DNA from: Caecitellus pseudoparvulus
Lineage: Eukaryota; Protista; Bigyra: Bicosoecida
Length of the DNA stretch: 64,000 nucleotides
Direction: 5' to 3'
NCBI GenBank assembly: GCA_965644315.1
Contig: CBFFRQ010000042.1
Location: 661,042 to 725,041 of the forward strand
The notes under the pieces are model-generated. The model did no database searches and was not told where the DNA came from. It saw only the letters and a list, made by a program, of their open reading frames with translations. A program made the position numbers and the translations under genes. This document shows, one piece after another, positions 53,731 to 63,698 of this stretch. The number at the start of each line of letters is the position of its first letter. The stretch's first letter is position 1.

Positions 53731-55817
53731 TTACATCAGGCGTCCACCCATCTGCCCGATCGAGATGTGGGGCACATCCTTGACCTTGGGCAGGCGACCC
53801 TCGCCGTCTTCAGGCACCAGCCGCTTGAGGGGGTCCTTGACCTCAGCCTCCAGGGTGGCGGCCTGCTGTCGGGTCATCCGCCCATGAGGCATGGCCACCC
53901 TTGTGCCCTTGCCAGCGATGAGGGTCTGGGGGTGCACGGTGCCGTCGGTGGCCTTGTGAGGCAGGGGGGGGAAGTCATCTCGGAGAGACTGGAGTGCCCC
54001 TCGAAGCCTGTCCCGGAAGGGTGCTGGACTGCCCGCCTCGGGTGTGGTCCAGATCCGGTACAAGACGTTGATGCCTTCGGCTGCCAGCCGGGTCATGCAC
54101 TTGTGCAGGGGCAGCTCGTCATGGAGGTCAGGGATGTCGGGGTTCCACAGCACCAGCTTGCCTCGATCATGGTCGACGAGGATGAGCTGCAGATGGGCCG
54201 TGTTGTCGGTCCACACCTCTCGAAGTGCGAAGGCATACAGCACTCCGTCGAGGTGCCCCTCTTGGTCACCCTCTTCATCAACCTGGCTGGGGTCGACGCC
54301 GGCCTGGCCAAGGTCATCATGCCCGGCTGGGGCACGGTACCCTTGGTTGATGCGGTCGATGAGCAGGTGCAGGCCGGGAAGCAGGACTGGTGGTGTACCT
54401 GGGGCCAGGAAGGTGTCATCCGGCGAGTGCTGGTGCAGCATGTTGCGGAAGACGGCCACCCGTTGCCCGTCTGAGCGGAAGGGGGAGGGTGGCTTCTGGC
54501 CGACGTCCATGATGTCCGAGCTGGACGAGTCACTGACCACCCCCTCCAGCTGCCTGACCATGTGCTTGAAGGCAAGCTGGGCAGCGTTGATGGTGGCTGC
54601 ATGCTGGAGTAGGAGGAGGTCCCCAGCCTCGAAGACCCTCTCCCCTGCTGCCGTCTCGAGACAGGCCTGGACACAGGCCCGCCCCCCACGTTAGAGTACA
54701 CGTGGGTCGATGACAGCAGGTCGGCCAGAGGGCCAGGCTTGATGGGGTACTCGGCCAGGTGCTCGGGTGTCCGCACACTGTCATGAAGAGGCACCACCCT
54801 TGTGATCACCTCCCATGCTGCTGCTGCAGACGGCCGATACCGGTGCACCTCGGGGCTTGCCTCGCCCGACGGGGTGGGGGACGGCCACTTGCGGTCGACG
54901 CCCCGCTGCACCCTTGATGAAGGCAACATGGCATGCACCACAGGGGTGGTGACGGTATCTTTGGGTGAGCCTTGGGTGGCAGGTGGTGAGGTTGGTCGAG
55001 GTGCAGGTGGCCGGACGTTCTTGATGAAGACGTCCTCGAAGGTGAGGGATCGTCCGGCTGACTTGCCCTTTCCTCGCTTGCCTCGACGGGTCTTCTTCTT
55101 CTTCGGTGCCTTGTCGAGCTGAGTGTCAGTCCAGGTCGATGGTGTCTTGGTGTCGACAGGTGCATCACCCTCGGAGGGGACGGATTGTCTGACACTGGGA
55201 CGGACGGCTTGGGCTGGCACGGGGCCATGGTCGAAGTGGGACCTAACGAGGCACATGACCTTGGCAACATCACCTGACTGGCAGGCGATTTCGGTTGCTT
55301 CCTTGGTCACTTGGTGGGCCACTTGGATGGCGGTGGGGTGGGCCTTCACCTTCACTTTCGCCTTCGCCGATGCGAACTGCTTGGTGTTGGTGTAGGCCAC
55401 GGCGACGAACCCACCTTGGCCGACTCGAATGGCGAAGTCGTCCTCTTGAGCAGCAAGAATGCGAAGTTGACGTGCCACTGTTGGTGAATCACCCTCACTT
55501 CCGAGCGTGACGAGGATGGTTGGCGATCCGGTGGGTCCCTGGCGCAGGGCCGCATTGGCGTTGCCGAATTCCGCACTCAGCCCTGGGATCAGCCGTTCGG
55601 CGGCTTCCCCATAGACCTCGAGCCACATGTCCCGTGCCGAAGATGAACTATCATGATCAGTCTTGGGCAGGGGTCCTCCAAGCTCGAAGGTGCGTGCGGC
55701 ACCCCGACGTGGCATGTCAGTGAAGACACCTGTTCTGGGGCCGAGCACTTGCTTGCGCTTCAGGCACCCCTCCACGAAGAGGACCCCCAGGACTTGATCC
55801 ACTTGGGCGTTCATGAT
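53731..55817 (-). CDS. E2 ORF: N-terminal domain, basic/Pro-rich linker, papain-like protease-like domain (one frameshift at the C6 run 54682-54687)
   Basis: QVLGVLF, GAARTFELGG, EATEIACQSGDV, then CVQACLETAAGE, PPVLLPGLHLL, HLQLILVD..LVLWNPD, LRDDFPPLP, GRMTRQQAA, all matching E3; start approximate. Confidence 0.75.
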
Positions 55818-55950
55818 GCTTGTCAATGATGCTTTTGATGTCGATCCCAGGTGCATGCCCCGACCGAGGGCGCAAACTGGGAGCCACGGTGCGATGGTGT
55901 GCGGAATTCGCACTACCCCGCCCCGGTGCGCACCACCCAACCAGCAAGCA

Positions 55951-56036
55951 CTGTGCAACACCACACTTGGGTGCACGAGCGCCTGGATTAGGCAATGTTA
56001 GCACTTCACAACTTGTGATTAGCTTGACATTTGGAA
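55951..56036 (-). promoter_or_regulatory. Conserved 5'-terminal block of E2 (candidate internal promoter or RNA element)
   Basis: 86 nt align without gaps to 63610-63695 with 7 mismatches; the first 44 nt are identical. Confidence 0.55.
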
Positions 56037-56040
56037 AGTT

Positions 56041-56058
56041 TTAGGGTTAGGGTTAGGG
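56041..56058 (+). repeat. Interstitial telomeric repeat (TTAGGG)3 between E2 and E3
   Basis: ttagggttagggttaggg followed by ct. Confidence 0.95.
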
Positions 56059-56879
56059 CTAGCAACTCACAATGCATTTCACCTCGGCACAGCTTGGCAC
56101 CGTACAGCTTGAGCGTCACACGGGCGCCCCACAATGCACCTCTGCACATGTAGGACGCCACAGCGGCTACCGCTTGGCGCGGATTCGCAACAAACACAGG
56201 CTTGCACCCGTTATATCTGCCGCCACTTGCTAGGGCAGGTCCCTGCCCGCTCCAATTCATCATCTTGGCCCTCCTCCGCTACACTTCATCCCTTGCTCCG
56301 CCAGCGCCAGACACCTGGGGCACACCAGAGCACACCCAGGCATCCGCGCAGTCTTGACAACAGATCATAATCCAAATTCCTCACCCACCTCCTCTGTGGC
56401 CCTCATAGGCCTCTCTGCGCCCTTCATGAGGTGTGTGCTCCGCCTCCTGCGCGGGAACTCGGCCGGGTGCGTGGTGCGGAATTCGATCGCGCACACCAGC
56501 ACCCGTGCGCACACACGCGCCCGCGCCACAGAGCGCATCGCGCGCATCAAGGGGGATACAGAAAGGAAAAGGACCTTCTTCTTCAACCCGTCACGCCCTG
56601 GTTTCGTGGTGAGTGAGCTTGCTTCATCGTCAGCCGCCATCCGGGCCGCGGCCGTGCAGCACTGCGGCTGCAGCGCCACGGCGAACGCTCCCGCTCACTC
56701 CACTGCTACTCGCAGGCTATGTAGTAAGTAAAAGGTAAGGTCTTGGGCATCTGCTTCGGGCTACCGTGGTTATCACCACGCTTCACACAGGTTCATCACG
56801 TCAGGACACTCGTGGAGGGTAGACGCGGCCACAAGCGTGGCTGCTCCACTCCCCGCCCGCACGCCTGCGTTCCGCCTTA

Positions 56880-59800
56880 CTCCTCGCTCTCTTCACAGGA
56901 ACCATCTGGGCCCTTCCCCCTCACCATCAGTGTCTGCATGGGCTGGCTGAGGCCCCATGAGTGCTGCAGCGTCCTCTGGACCTTGCCCTCCGTGGACGGC
57001 ACTTGGCCAGCCTTGGCAGGGAAAAGGTGCGTGCCTCCGCGGCGAGTGCGGGGCCTGCGCGTGTGCCAGCGTGGCCGCTGACCGCACTGGCTGCGTGCGG
57101 CCAGGCAGCGGCGCCCCGCGCCCATGTACTGCCCACCACAGGTACTCAGCATGCCTCTGGACAGCAAGGTGGTGGGCATCGGTCATACGCAACATGTAAG
57201 TGACTGTGACCCGCCACGCCTTTGCTGTGAACTCAACCGCTGCGCAGGATGTCTTGCCATACAGCTGGGGCACGGACACGGCAAGGACCAGCACGGTGGA
57301 CGAGGTGGGGGTGGGAGAGGACAGCCGCCTCTTTCATAGAGACAAGCTGCTCTTCGTCGGCCAGCCCCCACCGGTGAGGCCACTGCCCGCAGAGCAGGAG
57401 CCTGTGGAGGACCTCCGAGGTCCCGCAGGCCTGCGGCTCTGGGTCGGGGGCACGAAGGAGGGCGTGGCAGATCTTGGGGGGATGGGCAGGCACTGCACTT
57501 GGCCCGCCGCGGACTCGGGCACAGCTGACCTGTTGGCCAGTTCTCTGAACTTGGTCATCGTGTGTTGGCGTGCCATGGTGAGTTCGTGGTGGGTGCAGTG
57601 CAGCAGGATGTGCACGTGCAGCTGTACATCGGTGTTGAGTCCGCAAATCGGACAGCACTCGTACAGAGTGGCACTGTCCCCCCCATGAAGAAGCTGTAAG
57701 GTCTGGAAGTGATGGACCATCACTCTGGTGGGCCTGTCATCAGGACAGACCCAGAAGAGGGGGTTCACCCCGTGTGGCAGTGGATGTAGCCACACGAAGT
57801 GCTGCGCACCAGGCCCAAGATGATACGGCCTGGGCTTCTGCACTTGGGGGATTCGGCTGTCGGTGGTGTAGTGGGCAGCTGCACTCGGCACTGCCTGGGC
57901 TACATGAAGATACGACGCGAGGACTTGGCGACGCAGGGCCCAGGGGGTGTCTGCCGTGAAGGCCGGGGGTTCGGCCATGGACGACGTCTCGCTGGCAGCC
58001 ACCCCAACCACCGCAGACCTGTGGAGGCCCGGGGTGGTCTTAAGTCCGGCAAGGACTTGGGCAAGGGCTGTGGCAGCATGCTCAGAGCCAGGTGCACATG
58101 CAAGCCGAAGCTGTGCAAGGTCTGGCATGCAGCCCATGAGCCAGAGGTCCAAGAGGGCATGCAGTGCCCACGGAGCAGGGACACTGGCAGCCCGGAGTCG
58201 ACCTCCATCAGCAATGGTGTCGACGATGAAGGTCGTCGACATCGAAGCAGGCATAAGGTCAAGGGCCTGCGGGATGGTCAGGCACAGAGCTCGGGCAAGA
58301 GGGGTGTCCGAGTGCAGCATCCGGAGAGCCTTGACAAACATCCCAGTCCGCAGTTGCGTGGAGCGGATGTGGGCAGGCAGACTCCGCATAGAGCCAGCTT
58401 GGCGTAGCTGTGGGGGCGCATGAGTGCACTCTGCGAGCCGACTTGGGTCCTGTCCAAGGCGAGGGCGACGCCGCGGTCAACATCGCGCAGCGGGAAGCAG
58501 GGAACTGTTGGCTTGGGTGGACAGCATGTAGTCGGCGGCTGACGTGACAGTGGCATACCCAACCAGGTGCCGCTGCTGCACATCGAGCCAGGTGGCACTG
58601 AGCAGCGCGCCCGCAGTGAACCTGGCTTGGATGCAAGCAAGCCCAGCTTGTTGCAGGGTAAGTGCACGGGTCTTGGCAGGATGTTCGGACATCGGCACAC
58701 CCAAGTAGGTGTACTCGGCCACCCGTTGGATGGACTTGGTGCCAACCTTCAGCATGCTGCCCGCTTTGAGGGCAGCCGAGCGCCACACCAACTTCTTCCT
58801 TTCACTGACTGGTGTCCGGCTGCCTCGCACGGAGTTGGCAAGGATCATGACCCCGGACTTCGACGGGTTGATGGCAAGGCCAACCCGGGCAGCGATGGCC
58901 TTCACCTCTACGAAGATTCGGTGCAAGGCCGTGGCAGACGTTGCGATGCAGGCCAGGTCGTCTGCATACAGGGTGTGGGTGACATGGCCTGCTGGTGTTG
59001 GGATGCCCACTCCCTGGATGCCTTGGAGGGGCATCTCGTGGAGCCTTTGCGACAGCACATCTATCGCAACCTTGAAGAGGAGGGGGACAGAGCTCCTCCT
59101 TGGGGGACACCATTGCTGACAGGAAGGGGGCGACAAAGACCATGGCGCGTGTTGATGGAGACCGTCGCCTTGGACATGTACTCCTTGATGACGGCCAGAG
59201 TGGCGCAGGGAGGAGGCAGCCCTCAAGGATCTCTGTGATGGCTGCGTGGCTCACAGAGTCGAATGCTCCCCGGAAGTCCACGAAGAGTACCAGGACTTGC
59301 ACTGGCGCTGCTGACTGTCGCAGGTGGCCCTTGATCACCTCTTGGAGAGCCAAGATGTGCTCATGCGTGTTGCGGTGTCGAGTGAAGCCAGCCTGCTCCT
59401 TCGACATCTATGTTTGCATCCAGGACTCCAGGCATGCAGCGGCCACTGAGAAGAAGAGCTTCGCAGGAGGGGGCGGCATACAATCAAGCGGTATGTGCGA
59501 GGCCGCCCAGCTTCACTCGTCTTCTTGGGGATGAGTGACCCAATGCCTGCATGGTAGTCTGGCGGGCAGGTGCCGTGTTGCAACGCTTGGATGACGGCTT
59601 GGGAGTAGATGTCTTGGAAGCCTGGCCCAGCATACTTGATGGTGCTCTGATTGGAACTTGCCAGAGCCTGGGTGTCGATGCAAGCTGAGTGATCCCATGA
59701 GGACTTTGACTTGCTTCTTGGAGGGAAGCCATGTCACTGGCGGGGTGAAGGACTCTTGGGCTGAGGGAAGGAACCTTGCCAGCCCGTACTTCAGCGATGT

Positions 59801-62800
59801 TGGCCTGGGCTTGTTGTGACTCAGGATGCCAGACATCTGCTTGGCAACCTCCTCCTTCACCAGATCAGGGGAGGAGATGAGCACTCCCTGCATGGACTTC
59901 ACGGACCTGATGGGAGCTCGACGGGCTCGACGACCTCGACCTGACAGGCGCTTGATGTGTTGGTGGGGTGGTGAAGGGATCCGCAGCAGCGAGTTCCCCA
60001 AGCGTGCTCGGATCCTGGACAGAGTGACATGTCGCTTCTTCTTCACAAGCCTCGTGCACTTCCGCATTGCATCCTTGCGGCATTGAAGCGTGGCGTGTAG
60101 CTCTTCAGTGGCCATGGAGATTCCCTCTCGGATGGCACGGGCGTGGTCTGGCTGAGGATGCCGACCGGTGGCAAGTGCGAGCTTCCGGTGCAGCTTGGCA
60201 ATGGTCTTCCGCAGCTTGGACACGCGTGCAGTCATGGACTTCTTGAGCCCGCTGGCCGCCTTGATGTCCATCTTCAGCTGGGGCAGAGGGTCACGTGGGG
60301 TCTTGGCCTTGCGATGTGTGTCCATAGCCGCAGCTTCGATAGCACCGTTGAGAAAGGATAGGCTCGGGGCGGCGCTGCCTGTCTGGAGCGCGGTGGCCCG
60401 CGAGCTGAGGGATCCTCGAAACATCGCTTGCGCTGCCAGCCCGGCCTCTGTCGCTGAGGTCCACCAGGGTGGCACCGCCTGTACATGGGGGCTCTTGGAT
60501 GATGTCCACACTCGCTTGGCAGGCTCTCACCCGGACTTCTGCTGCAACAAGATGATGGTCACTGAGGACTAGTCGAGCGGCACTCCTTTTCGTCCCGCTG
60601 GAGAACGTTGTTGCGATGTGCAGTGGTCTGCTCAACATACTGTGGAGGTCCTCAGTCATCAGGATGTGGTCCAGAGCCCGACCATACCTGTGCGTTGGCA
60701 GGCCACCAAGTCCGGCTGGGATCAGTGGGCCTTGCTCGCAGAGGAGCTGCATCTGCAGGATGTCTTCAGTGGGCTCGGGAATGCCGGTCCGGTTCTCCCA
60801 GTGATCTGCTCCCACGTGCCTACCCCTTCGTCACCTGGATGAGTGTTCAAGTCACCCATGATGACAATCATGTGGGTGAGGCGGAGCTGTTGAACAGCAG
60901 ACTCAAGCTGCCGCCAAACCTCTTGCCGGTACGGAAGCTTCGTGTCCGGATCAGCGACTGGCTTCTTTCGCTGCCAAGAGTGCCAGTTGGGTACGTACGT
61001 GGCTATGATGGCGATGGGTTGTGGGCTTGCAGGGATCGAGCAAGCAATTATGCAGCGACCATCAACGTCGAGGCCCGGGATCACTGAGCCATTGAGTCTT
61101 CGATCAAGCAGCAAGGCAACCTCACTCCGCCCGACAGGCCGATCAGGCGGGCTTGGGCGGAAGCATTCAAGGCCCATGACTTCCGTGTCGAGCAGGCCGT
61201 GCCCCCCGAGGCTCTGTGACACAGAGTGCCAACATGGACGACGCACTGCACACAGACTGGACACAGGTGACGACATCGTGGACACACTGGCCGCAGGAGC
61301 CGTGCACATTCCAAGCAGCAAGTGCGAGTGTCATGTGTCTTCCGCGGCCGACAGGGGTATGGGGTGCATCGCTACTGATCTGGTCGGCGACTTGTACAGA
61401 TGTTGGGATGAGTGACAGTATGGGGTCAACCGTCTTGGCTCTCTCATCGGCAGCTGCTTGTTGGCGCGTGGTGCGGCCTACAGGGAGGTACACCCGTGTT
61501 GTCTTGCCAGTGATGAGAGTCTTTGGGCAGACAGTCTCGTCCTCAGCTACGAACGGGAGTGGGGGAAAGTCAGACCTGAGGGACAGCATGGCCAGCCGCA
61601 CTCTGTCTTTGAAGGGAATCGGCTTGCCACTCAGCGGGGAGGATGAGACACGGTACACAGACTCAATGCCCATCGAGTCGAGTGTGTTCAGGCAGCCGTC
61701 GATTGGAATGTTGGTGCTCTTGAAGGGTTCGTCAGGGTTCCACAGTACAAGTGTGGACTTCTCAGCGTTGACGACAATGAGCTGAAGGTGGGAGACACCT
61801 CCAGTGTCAACCAAGCTGAGAGCAAACGCGAAGTACACCCCAGCAAAGACTTTTGCCTCGGAGGTCATCTCTTTCTCTGCCTTGACATCAACCAGGCAGT
61901 GTCCAGACACTGTGCCGCCTTCAAGTTCCCGATGGCCCTCGTTGATACGCGTGAGCAAGAGATGAAGACCAGGGAGGAGCACAGGTGGACAGGCACTGGT
62001 GAGTGCTGCATCATCAGGCGCATGTCGGTACAGGAACGATTGAAAGAGGTCAAGCTTGTCTTGCTCGGTGGTCGGCATGGAAGGTTCTGTTTCACAGACA
62101 GCATGGACCTCCGAGTCTGGTGTGCCAGGGTGACGCGCGCTGTTCTTCTTCAACACAGCACAGAAGGATGTCTGCGCCGCTTGGATGGTGGCTGCGTGTT
62201 GAAGAAGGACAAGGTCATCGTCATTGAAGAGTGGCTCTCCTGCTGCTGTTTCAAAGCAGGCCTGGACACAGTGTCGTTGGTCCTTATTGCGGAACGCGTG
62301 CGCAGAGGCGAGGAGTTGCTGCAAGGGGGAACCCAAGTCAAGGTTTGGCCTGTCCAAGCCGTGCTGGTCGGCGACTGCAGTCAGCGGAAGTTTTAGCAGC
62401 GTAGTGGGTGCCGTGTTTGCAGGACTTGCACGGGGGTGGCTGTGCCGCGCTGCCCGATGGCTAGTGCCGCAGCTGCTCGGGGACACGGGAGGAGGTCTCT
62501 TGCGTGGGCTGGGCGAGTCCCATCTGCTGAAGAGTCGGGCGCTTTGACTCTGGTGGACGGAAGAGGGACATGTTCAGGGGAAGGAGCAGCTTGGCCTGGA
62601 CGACTCGGCGGGTGCAGATGGAGGGGAGGCGCTGTGGGGCGAGTAGTCACGACGCCCTCCTTGAACAGTTCAGCAAAGCGCCGAGGAGGAGAGCTCTTTG
62701 TCGATGGCTTGCGTTTCGTCCCCTCCGTGTCTTCTTCTTCTTGGGACCGCCTTCAGCAAGGGGCTTCTTGGCAGTGTGCTTGGCAGCTTGTCGACAGAGG

Positions 62801-63480
62801 CGTCATCTTCTGGAGAGACGGAGTGTCCGACAGGCTTTGGGAGCACGCTTGGCGATGGAGTGAGTGTTGGTGACATGGGCATGGACAAGCTTCAAGATCT
62901 TGGACACATCCCCACTCTCACAGGCAATGTTGGTTGCTGCCTCAGAGATCTTTTGAGCAACCTTCACTACAGAGGGAGGGGCGATCACGCTGACCCGGCG
63001 CGCTCTGACGTGAACTGCCGCGTGTTGGAGTACACCACGCCCACAGAGCCGCCCCCCTTCAACATGCATGATGAAGTCTTCTCGCACAGCAGCAGCAACG
63101 CGCAGGGACTTGGCGCATGGCGGGGGCCTTCACCGTCACTCAGCTTGGCGTGACAAGGAGAATGGTCTGCCCTGGTGCGGATTGTTTCAGCGCGGAATTA
63201 GCGCGCACCATCACAGGAGCAGCTCCAGGAAACTCGGCTCTCCAGCTCATCTCCGAAGATGCCAAGCCACCTGCGGACGAGTACCGATGCATCTTGTGGC
63301 CATCCAGGAAGGCCGGGATGTCCGCGCCACCGAGCTGGAAAGTCCGGGCTGCCCCTGGGCGATGCCATGCTCGGTCAGCACGCTCGCTCGTGGCCGCCTG
63401 ACACCTTACGCTGCTCCAGGCGTCTGTCCGCGAAGAGCACGCCGAGGACTCGGCTGGCCTTGAGATGGACATGATGATGA
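56880..63480 (-). pseudogene. E3 polyprotein broken by many frameshifts (true decay or consensus errors)
   Basis: Motifs are spread across ORFs 63375-63572, 63140-63532, 62803-63087, 61167-62486, 60722-61321, 60291-60815, 59513-60511, 59335-59583, 58802-59407, 58477-59226, 57334-58389 and 57233-57658. Confidence 0.7.
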
Positions 63481-63609
63481 AGGCAATGGTTTCGGGCAAG
63501 CAGGGGTGCAGCGTCTTCAGCCGGAGCCGCACTTAGGCACTGCGTGGGGAGCGTGGCGTGCGGAAATCGCACTGCTGCTCACCCGCGCACCCAACGCAAT
63601 GCACTAGCG

Positions 63610-63695
63610 CTGTGCAACACCACACTTGGGTGCACGAGCGCCTGGATTAGGCATTGTTAGCAACGCACAACCTATGATTAGGTTGACATTTGGAA
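63610..63695 (-). promoter_or_regulatory. Conserved 5'-terminal block of E3
   Basis: Matches 55951-56036; lies 3 nt from the first TTAGGG. Confidence 0.55.
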
Positions 63696-63698
63696 GAA

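Larger units (their letters stand above)
53110..56040 (-). mobile_element. E2: non-autonomous telomeric retroelement lacking APE and RT, homologous to the 5' and 3' parts of E3
   Basis: Shares the 5' terminal block, N-terminal domain, protease domain and 3'-terminal block with E3; flanked by GGTTAG (53110) and (TTAGGG)3 (56041); no EN or RT motifs. Confidence 0.85.
56059..63698 (-). mobile_element. E3: full-length APE-type non-LTR retrotransposon directly capped by the telomere
   Basis: Collinear fragments: N-terminal domain, protease, APE (LAAWNV, VTEP, TYVP, MGDLN, LDHI, SDH), RT (YRLI, QAGF, FVDFRGAFDSVSH, LYADDL, INPSKS, YTYLG), CPIC..HILLHC, LLLCGQWP. Confidence 0.92.

Noticed and set aside
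54682-54687. Programmed -1 frameshift in E2
   Set aside because: A G-run is not a typical slippery heptamer, the shift falls inside the N-x5-C motif that is in frame in E1 and E3, and a similar homopolymer loss occurs in E3.
56365-56679. Captured host gene fragment in the E3 3' region
   Set aside because: No family could be recognised; it may instead belong to the cryptic 3' ORF reported above.
63664-63686. Hairpin CAACCTA-N4-TAGGTTG in the E3 5' block as a conserved structure
   Set aside because: The corresponding E2 positions carry substitutions that break the pairing without compensation.
44393-63698. Penelope/Athena, DIRS/Ngaro, LTR element or telomerase RT
   Set aside because: The RT motifs and upstream APE domain are LINE-type; no GIY-YIG, tyrosine recombinase, integrase, LTRs or TERT-specific motifs were seen.
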